Part shown: in pieces, positions 36,988-45,509 of the stretch
How positions within the stretch are numbered: position 1 is the first letter of the stretch
Layout of the letters: each line of letters starts with the position of its first letter
Assembly (NCBI GenBank): GCA_035501775.1
Contig: DATJVM010000064.1
Coordinates: 81,171-145,170, forward strand
Direction: 5' to 3'
Source of the DNA: Gemmatimonadales bacterium
GTDB taxonomy: Bacteria > Gemmatimonadota > Gemmatimonadetes > Gemmatimonadales > GWC2-71-9
DNA length: 64,000 bases
Translations under genes and position numbers: made by a program
The notes under the pieces: generated by a model
The model's input: the letters and a program-made list of their open reading frames with translations, nothing else
What the model was told of the DNA's origin: nothing
Databases searched by the model: none

Positions 36988-39900
36988 CGGCGCGACTGCC
37001 GAAGGCGGCCAGGTCCTCCATCGGGGATGGCTCATTGATGGCGAATCCCTGCGCATAGTCGACGCCGAGGGCGCGGAGGGTGTCGAGCGTCTGGAGATTC
37101 TCGACCCCTTCCGCCACGGTCTTGAGGTGCATTACGTGCCCGACTCGGTTGATGGCCTCCACCATCGCGTACTCCACCGGGTCGGCGTCGATGTGCCGCA
37201 GAAACGCTCCGGCGATCTTGAGGAAGTCCACCGGCAGGCTCTGCAGGTAGGCGAACGAGGACATCCCGCTCCCAAAGTCGTCCAGGGCGAACCAGCATCC
37301 GAGCGCCTTCAGCTCCCGGATGAAGTGCGCGGCCTGGGCCAGATTGGCGATCGCCGCGGTCTCGGTGATCTCGAAGCAGAGCGATTCGGGCGGCAGGTCG
37401 TACCGGTCGAGCTGATCGCGCACGAAGGCGAGCATGCCGGGGTCGCCGAGTGAGGCGCCCGAGAGGTTGATCGACGCGATGGGCCGCATGCCGTTGCCGC
37501 GCTGATGGCCGTACAGGGACATTACCTCGCGCAGCACCCAGCGGTCCACCGCCCCCATCAGGCCGTACCGTTCGGCGGCGGGGATGAAGGCGCCTGGCGC
37601 GATGAGGGTGCCGTCCCGCTCGACCAACCGCAGCAGGACCTCGACGCGGGGACGCTCGCCCGGGTGCGGGCTCAGGGGCAGGATCGCCTGGCCGAACAGG
37701 CGGAACCGGTGCTCCTCGAGCGCGGAGGTGATCCTGGTGACCCACTGCATCTCCCCTTGGCGCAGGGCGAGGACCGCGTCGTTGGGCTCGTAGAAGTGCA
37801 CCCGGTTGCGGCCGCGCTCCTTGGCCGCGTAGCAGGCCGCATCGGCGTGCCGGAGGACCGTGGCAAGGCTCTCGGTTTCGGTGGTGATCGGTACCACTCC
37901 CACGCTTACGCCGAGCGCGAAGGGCTGGCCTTCCCAGGCAAAACGAAACTCCTGGACCGTCTCGAGCAGATCGTGCGCCACGCGGGTGGCCTGGCCGGGT
38001 GGGCAATGCTCGAGCAGGACGCCGAACTCGTCGCCCCCCAGGCGGGCCAGGGTGTCGCGGCGGCGCACTTTCTTGAGCAGCTCGTTGGCCAGTCGGCGCA
38101 GCAACTCGTCGCCCGCTACATGGCCGCAGGTATCGTTGACCACCTTGAACTGGTCGAGATCGAGGAAGCAGAGGGCGTGCTGCACGCCTTCCTGCTGCGC
38201 ACGACTGATCGCGCGGCCAACCCGGCGCTCGAACTCGTGCCGGTTGACGAGCCCTGTCAGGAAGTCGTGGCTGGCCTGATGCGCCAGCTGGCGCGCCAGG
38301 GTCCGCGCCCGGCTCACGTCATGGAAGACGAGGACCGCGCCGATCACCTCGCGCTCTCGATTGGTGACCGGGGCGGCGCTGTCGTCGATGGCGAACTCCC
38401 GTCCATCGGGCCGGACCAGCAGGGAGAGATTGGAGCGCCCAATGACCCGCTTCTCCCGGAGGCAGGTTTCGATCGGATTCTCGAGCGGCTCCCGCGTGGT
38501 CTCATGCACCAGCGAGAGCACGTTGGCGATGGGGAGGCCGATCAGCTCGCTGTTGCGGGATCCGAGGAGCTGCTCCGCCACCGGGTTCAGGTATTCGATG
38601 ATGCCCCTGGCATCGGTCCGGACAACGGCGTCCCCGATGGAGCCAAGCGTAACCTCGGCACGCTCCTTCTCCTCGGCCAGGCGGCGCTCGAAGCGCTTCC
38701 GCTCGCTGATGTCGCGCGCGATCGTGGAGTAGAACTCCACCTCCCCGGCCGGGTTGCGATGGCAGATGATCACCTGCGAGAAGGTGACCTCGCGCCCATC
38801 GGCCGTGAGCAGCGTCGCTTCTCCGCTCCAGGTTCCCGCCTCGGCGGCGGCCGCCAGCGTCTGCGGCCGGAGCAGGACCCGCGCCCAACCCGCGGCCGCC
38901 TCGGGACGGCCGTCCGGCGTCTGGCCGCCGAGCAGGAGCCGCCCGGCCTCGTTGAGATAGATGGCGCGGCCTTCGCGGTCCGCGAAGCACACCGGATCGG
39001 TGGTGGTCTCGAGCACGGCTGCCAGCCGGCGCTGCAGCGCCGACAGTGTGACCGCTCGGTGCTTCGACTGGCGGAGCATCACCAGCACCGCCGTAAAGAG
39101 CACCAGCGTGACCAGGAGCGCCCCGAGCAGCGCGCTCCGCGCGACGTCGAGGACGTGATACGCCTCGCCGGCCTCGCTTTCGGCCGCCAGGCCGAGGCCC
39201 AGTTGATCGTCCCATTCCCAGGCGCCGACCACCGAGATGCCGCGATGGTTGAGGTATCCGCGGAGGTCGAGGCCGGCGTTGCCGTGAATGGCGGACTGCG
39301 CCATCTCGGTCAGGCGCCCGGTGCCCGGCACGACGAGCGGCGTCCCGGCCGTGTCGTCACTGGTTGGATCGCCACTCCCCAGCAGGCGGCCGGCGCGATC
39401 GAAGAAATAGGCGTGGCCCAAGGCGCGGTTGCGGCTCTGTTCGGTCAGCCGGGCAAACTCGCGCTGCGAGGCCAGCGAGGTGACGAGGACCGCGGTGGTG
39501 ATTCCGCTCGCGTCCCGGATCGGCGCGAACGCAGCGAGGCGCGGCACGTGCGCCGTGTCTCCCGGGAAGGGGCTGAACGAGGGCAGCCCATCCATGGCCC
39601 GCTCCAGAGCCGGGGTCATGAACCGCGGCAGGCTTGCCGGGAGCGAATCGGGCCAGCGGGTGAGGGTGGTCTCGTCTCCGTCGATGATCCAAAACCCTTC
39701 GAGGTCGTTGGCGCGGATCGCCCCTTCCAGCAGGCGGTAGGCGTCCCCGGACGGAGCCTCCGCGGTCCCGGTCCGAGCGCGAGCGATGGCGAGCTGGTCC
39801 ACGACTCCCGCCAGCCCCTTCGTGGCGGCCATGGTCGCGGCCTCCGCCTGCTGCCGGGTGGCCCAGTGGTGCACCGCCTCGCGGGATTCCGCGAGGACGG

Positions 39901-40084
39901 TCTGCAGGCCGCGCCCTGCCGACTCCCGGACAGCCCCGTCGATCCGGCTCAGTGCCCACCAGGCGCCAGCTCCGACTCCAACCACGAAAAGCGCGATTCC
40001 ACCCAGCGCCGCCTCCGACGGGAGGCGCGCGAGGGCACCACGCGATTGGCGGTTGAGCCGGAAGGAAGCCATGGCGCCCATCAT
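36902..40084 (-). CDS. Membrane sensor diguanylate cyclase/phosphodiesterase (periplasmic sensor, PAS x2, GGDEF, EAL)
   Basis: Two TM segments flank a ~280-aa outside region. PAS-like repeats follow, then RLGGDEFGVLL (GGDEF). EAL-domain motifs are EVLLR, EITE, ALDDFGSG and KIAG. 1060 aa. Confidence 0.9.
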   Translation of the reverse strand: MMGAMASFRLNRQSRGALARLPSEAALGGIALFVVGVGAGAWWALSRIDGAVRESAGRGLQTVLAESREAVHHWATRQQAEAATMAATKGLAGVVDQLAIARARTGTAEAPSGDAYRLLEGAIRANDLEGFWIIDGDETTLTRWPDSLPASLPRFMTPALERAMDGLPSFSPFPGDTAHVPRLAAFAPIRDASGITTAVLVTSLASQREFARLTEQSRNRALGHAYFFDRAGRLLGSGDPTSDDTAGTPLVVPGTGRLTEMAQSAIHGNAGLDLRGYLNHRGISVVGAWEWDDQLGLGLAAESEAGEAYHVLDVARSALLGALLVTLVLFTAVLVMLRQSKHRAVTLSALQRRLAAVLETTTDPVCFADREGRAIYLNEAGRLLLGGQTPDGRPEAAAGWARVLLRPQTLAAAAEAGTWSGEATLLTADGREVTFSQVIICHRNPAGEVEFYSTIARDISERKRFERRLAEEKERAEVTLGSIGDAVVRTDARGIIEYLNPVAEQLLGSRNSELIGLPIANVLSLVHETTREPLENPIETCLREKRVIGRSNLSLLVRPDGREFAIDDSAAPVTNREREVIGAVLVFHDVSRARTLARQLAHQASHDFLTGLVNRHEFERRVGRAISRAQQEGVQHALCFLDLDQFKVVNDTCGHVAGDELLRRLANELLKKVRRRDTLARLGGDEFGVLLEHCPPGQATRVAHDLLETVQEFRFAWEGQPFALGVSVGVVPITTETESLATVLRHADAACYAAKERGRNRVHFYEPNDAVLALRQGEMQWVTRITSALEEHRFRLFGQAILPLSPHPGERPRVEVLLRLVERDGTLIAPGAFIPAAERYGLMGAVDRWVLREVMSLYGHQRGNGMRPIASINLSGASLGDPGMLAFVRDQLDRYDLPPESLCFEITETAAIANLAQAAHFIRELKALGCWFALDDFGSGMSSFAYLQSLPVDFLKIAGAFLRHIDADPVEYAMVEAINRVGHVMHLKTVAEGVENLQTLDTLRALGVDYAQGFAINEPSPMEDLAAFGSRAAIAVGAHPRQASLPAAPRTRPTIVRDPG

Positions 40085-40173
40085 GTGTGTTGGGTGACGT
40101 TCGGGCGGTGACCGATCTCACCTAAGTGCCCATGCCGTCACAAGATGGCTGGATGGACGGAGCCGGAACTCCG

Positions 40174-41646
40174 CTATTCGCCGGCGAGCAGTTCGTGCAC
40201 GAAGCGTACCGGTACGGCGTAGATGATCCGGCCATTGCTGCCGGTCTGGCCTCCATAAAGGACGCCAATAACACTCCCGTTGCGGTCGAAAATCGGGCTC
40301 CCACTCGAGCCCTCGGCGCCATAGCTGTCCAGCTGGAGAAGGTCGGGGAGAGTACGGGAAACCGTGCCCAGGGTAAGGGTAGCCGCGACACCCTCGTGCG
40401 CCCAGGACGATCCTCCCGCCAGGTCCAGGCCGAGCGGAAAGCCCAGCACCGCCGCGGGCTCGCCCATTTCGTCCGGTCGCGTGCTGTCCGCGAGCGCCTT
40501 CACGACGGGAAACCCGCGGTGCACCGAGGCATGCAGGAGCGCGAGATCCGCCCCCGGATGCACCTTCACGACGTCGGCTCGAAAGTTCTGATTGGTGCCG
40601 TTGAACACCACGCCGATCCGCGAGGCGAGGGTTCCGTTCGAATCGCTCACCACGTGCTTGTTGGTGATGAGGAGCCCGCCGTTGGGATCGGAGCGAACGG
40701 CGAACGCCGTCCCGGTGTAGATCTTCCCGTTGGGGAACTGCACCCACACCATCGCCACCGCATCCCGGTTCGCCGCTGCGATCCCGTGGGCATCGAGCGC
40801 CGCGGCGCCGGCCAGAGTCCGCTGCTGGCGGATGGCCTTCTCGAGACGCCGCTTGAGGCTATTGATCTGGTCGGCGTCGTTCGGGGCGGCCGCGAGTTGC
40901 TGCTTGAGCTGTTCCGCTGCCAACTGCGCGGAATCGAGCGCGGCGCGGAGTCCGGCGCTCCCGGCCGAGAGATCGCCGATCTGCTGCATCAGGCTGTCCA
41001 CCTGGCCGAGCAGTGCCTGCCGCTGCGCGGCCAACCGCCGGTCCGTTTCGTGGGTCTGCCACAGATATGCTCCGGACACACCGACGAGCAGGAGGAGCAG
41101 CCCCGCGGCCGTCAGCCGGAGCCTTCGCGTCTGGCGCGCCACCTCGACGCGGACCCGCGCCGTGGTGCCGCCCAGCGGTCTCCCAGCCGGTACCACCGGT
41201 TGACGATCCTTGGTGGGACGAGGCGGGGCCTGGGGTGGGGTCGACGCCCGCGCCTGCTCCTGACCGCCGAATACCTGTGTGCCACTTCGGGACCCCGCCG
41301 ACTCGGCGGGCGCCCCCGCTCCCGACGGGCGTCGGTCGGGGATGGCCGTGAACTCGACCTGCGGGCCGTTCGGGCCGAACCGGATGATGTCCTTGGTGGC
41401 GAGCGCGCATTCCTTGGTCAGCTGCTTGCCGTTCACGAACGTGCCGTTCGTGCTCCCGATGTCCCGCAGGATGTACTGCTCCCCGACCAATGTGGCGACG
41501 GCATGTCGGCTGGAGACGTCGAGGTCTTTCTCCGGGTCGAACTTGAGTTCGGAATCAGGGTGCCGACCCATCGCGATGTGGGCCTGACTGAGAATGTCAG
41601 TCTGGCCCGCGCGGCTGCCCGAGAGAAAGGTGAACTGGGCCTTCAT
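40174..41646 (-). CDS. FHA domain - TM - coiled coil - trypsin-like (S1/HtrA-like, no PDZ) serine protease
   Basis: N-terminal FHA (MGRHPDSELKF...SSRHA...DIGSTNGTFVNG), TM LTAAGLLLLLVGVSGAYLW, and a Q/A/L-rich coiled coil. The protease core has NKHVV (His), GADLALL (Asp) and GSSGSPIF (Ser). Confidence 0.85.
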   Translation of the reverse strand: MKAQFTFLSGSRAGQTDILSQAHIAMGRHPDSELKFDPEKDLDVSSRHAVATLVGEQYILRDIGSTNGTFVNGKQLTKECALATKDIIRFGPNGPQVEFTAIPDRRPSGAGAPAESAGSRSGTQVFGGQEQARASTPPQAPPRPTKDRQPVVPAGRPLGGTTARVRVEVARQTRRLRLTAAGLLLLLVGVSGAYLWQTHETDRRLAAQRQALLGQVDSLMQQIGDLSAGSAGLRAALDSAQLAAEQLKQQLAAAPNDADQINSLKRRLEKAIRQQRTLAGAAALDAHGIAAANRDAVAMVWVQFPNGKIYTGTAFAVRSDPNGGLLITNKHVVSDSNGTLASRIGVVFNGTNQNFRADVVKVHPGADLALLHASVHRGFPVVKALADSTRPDEMGEPAAVLGFPLGLDLAGGSSWAHEGVAATLTLGTVSRTLPDLLQLDSYGAEGSSGSPIFDRNGSVIGVLYGGQTGSNGRIIYAVPVRFVHELLAGE

Positions 41647-41665
41647 GGCGCTGACGGGCGACCGA

Positions 41666-42688
41666 TCATCCGGTGCCGAGCAGGAAGAAGGCCGCCAGGG
41701 CGAGGAGGAGGAGCGCCAGCAGTCCGTAGATCAGACGGCGCGACTGGGTGGGCTGTTGACTGATCGGGACCGGCGCGGGGCTACCGGTGTAGACCGGCAC
41801 CGGCTCCGTGGTCGCCTCGCCCTCGGTGAGGGGATACACCTGGTGCCCCACCTGGGCCCCCCCCTCGGGCTCCGGAAGGCCGTTGCCACCGAAGCGTGCC
41901 GCGATGACTGTGATGTTGTCCGGGCCACCCCGGGTGTTGGCGAGCTCGATCAGCCGGGAGCAGAGGTCCGCCAGGTCGGCGGCCTTCGCCGCGTATTCCG
42001 CGATTTCCTCCTTCCTGACCAGCCCGGACAGGCCATCCGAGCACAGGACCAGGAGGTCCCCTCGACGCAGTGGTTGCCAGGTGAGGTCGACCTTCACCCG
42101 CGGGTCGGGGCCGAGCGCCTGCAGGATGATGTTCCGGCGCTCGCTCTGCTCGGCTTCTTCCTCGGTGATCTCCCCGGCCTCCACCAGCCGCTGCATGAGG
42201 GACTGGTCCTTGGTGATCTGGGTGATCTCGCCTTTCCGGATGAGATAGGCCCGGCTGTCGCCGACCTGCGCGAGATAGAGGTCGGAGCCGAAGATCCCCG
42301 CGACGGTGGCCGTGGTGCCCATGCCGCGCACCTCGGGATGTTCCCGGGCATGGACGTGGATCCGGCTGTTCGCGAGATCGACCGCCTCCTTCATCCGGTA
42401 GGCGAAGCGCTGCGCGGTGACCTCCGCGTCGTCCGGCCAGACCGTGGTCATGTGCGTGAAGACCAGGTCGGCCGCCATCCGGCTTGCGACCTCACCGGCG
42501 GCGGCTCCGCCCATCCCGTCCGCGACCATGAAGAGGGAGCCGCGGGCACCGACCTCATGCTCACGGACGTCAGGCTGGAGGCTCGCCACCCGGCGGGTGA
42601 GGTCCGCGACGAGGAAGGTGTCCTCGTTGTGCTCGCGGGTTCGGCCGACGTCGGTCTTGCCGAAGACGGAGATATGGACGCTAGGCAC
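41666..42688 (-). CDS. PP2C-family Ser/Thr phosphatase with C-terminal membrane anchor
   Basis: GRTREHNEDTF, MVADGMGGAAAGEVAS, LCSDGLSG and DNITVIAARF. C-terminal TM LIYGLLALLLLALAAFFLL. Confidence 0.9.
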   Translation of the reverse strand: MPSVHISVFGKTDVGRTREHNEDTFLVADLTRRVASLQPDVREHEVGARGSLFMVADGMGGAAAGEVASRMAADLVFTHMTTVWPDDAEVTAQRFAYRMKEAVDLANSRIHVHAREHPEVRGMGTTATVAGIFGSDLYLAQVGDSRAYLIRKGEITQITKDQSLMQRLVEAGEITEEEAEQSERRNIILQALGPDPRVKVDLTWQPLRRGDLLVLCSDGLSGLVRKEEIAEYAAKAADLADLCSRLIELANTRGGPDNITVIAARFGGNGLPEPEGGAQVGHQVYPLTEGEATTEPVPVYTGSPAPVPISQQPTQSRRLIYGLLALLLLALAAFFLLGTG

Positions 42689-42694
42689 GTAACC

Positions 42695-44407
42695 TCATGG
42701 ATGAACGAGCTGCCGGAGCTGCTCAATCAAGGTCTGTCCTGTCGGTGTCGCCCGGAGATCCTGGGATTTCTGAGCCCAGGACAGGGCGTCCGCGTACTTC
42801 TTGTCCTGCTGGTAGGCAACGGCGACCATGTTTGCAGCAATGGCCCGTATCGAGTCCGAGACGTCCTGGCGGTGGTAGATCGCCTCCGACTTCTGTCGGG
42901 CCGCCTCGCGCTTTGAAGGCTCGAAGACGTCGTCGATCTCCGGGAGAACTACCGCGGCGGAGGTAGTCGGGACGGTCGACCGACCAACCTGCCCGCCATC
43001 GGAGTGGCGCGTCGGCTGCTCGCTCGGAGTTCCCGTTCGTCGGCCCCCTGCCGGCTGTGATGGCGCGGGGGCCGGAGGCTTGGCGCTGTCCACCGGCGCC
43101 GGGGGCTGGCTGGGCACGGTCTTGGTCGTGTCCGGCGCCGGCACGGTCTTGGGTGGCGTGTTTGCGGCGAGAGACGGATTCGGTCCCTCGTTTCCGCCGA
43201 ACAGCCGACCCCGGAGCAGGAACCCCGCGCCACCAACGAGCAGGATGCCGATGCCCGCGGCGATCGGGAGCAGCGGCAATCCCCGCTTGGGGGGAGCCGG
43301 CGGTGGCGCCTTGACGCGGGCGGTGCTGGCCGGTGGCTTGGCTCGGGCCTGGGCGGCGGCGGGATCGACTCGGGTGGCCGGAGGCGCCGCGGGTCTCCCA
43401 TGCAGATCCTCGGGCCGGACCAGCTGGGTCCCGGCATCGACGTCGACCTGGCCGGTCAGACGGGTGGCGAGGCCCCGCACGTCGCGGGCGAGATCGCCCG
43501 CGTTGCGATACCGGTCGTTCGGGTTTCGGGCCAGGGCCCGGTCCAGTACCCGCTGGACCTCCGGGGGGAAGCTCACATCGGGGCAGGCCACCGCCAGGGG
43601 CAAGGGATCGTCGGTGAGACGCTTGATCATCGTCTCCTGCTGGCTGTCGGCCGGGAACGGCGAGGCGCCGGTCAGCATGCGATAGAAGACGAGCCCCAGC
43701 GAGTAGATGTCGCTCCGGCCGTCGACCGGGTCGCCGGCGAGCTGCTCGGGACTCATGTACTCCGGGGTGCCGACCACGAATCCCGTCTTGGTCACCTTCT
43801 GCGCCCGCCCCTCATCTCCCCCGATGGCCTTGGCGATCCCGAAGTCCACCACCTTGACGACGTCCTTACCCCGGGTGGTGGTGACCATGATGTTGTCGGG
43901 CTTCAGGTCGCGATGGACGATCCCCATGTCGTGGGCCACCTGCAGCGCCTCGGCGGTCTGCTGGATCATCGCGGCCGCGCGGGGGAGCGGCAGGGTCGAG
44001 ACCTCGTGCAGGAGGTCGGTCAGACTCCTCCCCTCGATGAACTCCATCGCGAGGTAGATCAGCCCTTCGGGGGTCTCGCCGAAATCGTAGATGGAACAGA
44101 CGTTGGGGTGGTTGATGCGGCTGGCGTTGGCGGCTTCCCGATTGAAGCGACTGATCGCTTCGGGGTCGCTCATCGTACCCGGCATCATGATCTTGATGGC
44201 GCAGCGGCGGCCCATCTTCACGTGCTCGGCCAGGTAGACCTGACCCATGCCGCCTTCGCCCAGCTTCTTCGTGATGTGGTAGCGGTCGGCGATCACCTGC
44301 CCGACCAGATCGTTGACGGCCCCGGACTTCCGGAGCGGGGTGCCATCCCGCTCGCAGAACAGCTTCTCGTCGCCGTATTCGGCGCCGCACGTGGTGCAGA
44401 CCTTCAT
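42695..44407 (-). CDS. Hanks-type Ser/Thr protein kinase with N-terminal zinc-ribbon-like motif, one TM and a TPR-like outside tail
   Basis: GEGGMGQVYLAEH, CAIKIM, HRDLKPDNIM, DFGIAK and TPEYMSPEQ. TM LLPIAAGIGILLVGGAGFLL. N-terminus CTTCGAEYGDEKLFCERDG. Confidence 0.9.
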   Translation of the reverse strand: MKVCTTCGAEYGDEKLFCERDGTPLRKSGAVNDLVGQVIADRYHITKKLGEGGMGQVYLAEHVKMGRRCAIKIMMPGTMSDPEAISRFNREAANASRINHPNVCSIYDFGETPEGLIYLAMEFIEGRSLTDLLHEVSTLPLPRAAAMIQQTAEALQVAHDMGIVHRDLKPDNIMVTTTRGKDVVKVVDFGIAKAIGGDEGRAQKVTKTGFVVGTPEYMSPEQLAGDPVDGRSDIYSLGLVFYRMLTGASPFPADSQQETMIKRLTDDPLPLAVACPDVSFPPEVQRVLDRALARNPNDRYRNAGDLARDVRGLATRLTGQVDVDAGTQLVRPEDLHGRPAAPPATRVDPAAAQARAKPPASTARVKAPPPAPPKRGLPLLPIAAGIGILLVGGAGFLLRGRLFGGNEGPNPSLAANTPPKTVPAPDTTKTVPSQPPAPVDSAKPPAPAPSQPAGGRRTGTPSEQPTRHSDGGQVGRSTVPTTSAAVVLPEIDDVFEPSKREAARQKSEAIYHRQDVSDSIRAIAANMVAVAYQQDKKYADALSWAQKSQDLRATPTGQTLIEQLRQLVHP

Positions 44408-45321
44408 GCCAGCTCCGCCCTCAGCATCTGGTCTCCCGCGAGGAGGCGCGCGTTGGGCGACACCCGGCGCTCCCCGCGCACGGCGATCGCCACGCCATTG
44501 CGGCTGCCCGCGTCCACCAGGACGAAATCCGCATCCTCGCTCCGAACGAGCGCGTGGAGCGCACTCATGGATGAATCATACGGAAACTGCCACTCACCCT
44601 GCTCGCGACCCACCCGAACCGTGCGGCCCGGGGAGAGGGTGATGATGTCGCGCGGGCTCCCATCCGCCCGGATCTGGGCGAGGTTGGCGATATCCGCCGC
44701 GGGGGTGAGGCTCCCCAACCGGCGGGTCTGGTCCTGCTCGGGCGGGCGGGGCCCCGGGTAGCCCAGTCGGCGGAAGCGGAGGATCTGGCTGCCGAGGAGC
44801 ACCAGGTCGCCGTCGGTGAGGCGATGGGGCTCGTCGAGATAGAGCCACGTCCCGTTCTTGCTGCCCAAGTCCCGGACAGTCAGGATCCCGTCCAGATAGA
44901 GGAACTGTGCGTGGAGCGGTGAGAGGTAGTCGTCATCCGGAAAGTTGATATCCGCTCCCTGCCGACCCAGCGTGGTCACCGCGGTCGCCAGCGGAAAATG
45001 CTGGGCCACCTGGCCGCTCCGGTCGAGCAGCGCCAGTCGCGGTGAAGTCGGTCCGCTCTTGATCGGCGCCGCGGCAACCTGGGGCTGAGGCCCGGTGTCG
45101 CTGAAGGCCGCGCCGCAGGCGGGGCAGAACTTCGAGCCTTGATCGTTCAGCCGGCCGCAGCGGGTGCAGGCGTGCGCCGCCCGGATCTGGGTGAGTCGGG
45201 CCCCGCATTGGCCGCAGAAGGGCAGGTCCCCCTTCACCGGCGCGTTGCAGGAGGGACACTTCACGGTCGCGCCGGCGGTTGCCACTCCCCGGGAAGCGTC
45301 AGGCACGGGCGGCGACATCAT
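44404..45321 (-). CDS. Double zinc-ribbon plus two FHA domains protein
   Basis: CPSCNAPVKGDLPFCGQCG and CTRCGRLNDQGSKFCPACG, followed by two FHA cores (LGRQGADINFP..SPLHA..DLGSKNGTW and VGREQGEWQFP..SALHA..DAGSRNGV). The stop overlaps the kinase start (ATGA). Confidence 0.85.
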   Translation of the reverse strand: MMSPPVPDASRGVATAGATVKCPSCNAPVKGDLPFCGQCGARLTQIRAAHACTRCGRLNDQGSKFCPACGAAFSDTGPQPQVAAAPIKSGPTSPRLALLDRSGQVAQHFPLATAVTTLGRQGADINFPDDDYLSPLHAQFLYLDGILTVRDLGSKNGTWLYLDEPHRLTDGDLVLLGSQILRFRRLGYPGPRPPEQDQTRRLGSLTPAADIANLAQIRADGSPRDIITLSPGRTVRVGREQGEWQFPYDSSMSALHALVRSEDADFVLVDAGSRNGVAIAVRGERRVSPNARLLAGDQMLRAELA

Positions 45322-45412
45322 CTCGTCCGGGGGACGGATGCGGCTGCAAGGTGGCGACCAGCACGCGCCGTGGGCATGACGATTCGGGGTTCCCCATGCT
45401 GAGACTGAACTA

Positions 45413-45434
45413 GACTAAGGAAGGGCGACTAAGG
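45413..45434. repeat. Direct repeat GACTAAGG x2 (14-bp period) in the divergent promoter region
   Basis: Copies at 45413-45420 and 45427-45434, inside a locally AT-richer stretch between the FHA operon start and the amidase gene. Confidence 0.5.
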
Positions 45435-45509
45435 GAATCTAGAAATCGCGGCGAGGAGCGTCAACCAATGTCCTGCCGTAAGTCGCGGTGCCCGTGTACC
45501 TTGCACCCC

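Noticed and set aside
37505-40111. 868-aa plus-strand ORF antisense to the GGDEF-EAL gene
   Set aside because: It has no motifs and biased composition. The minus strand carries GGDEF, EAL and PAS signatures.
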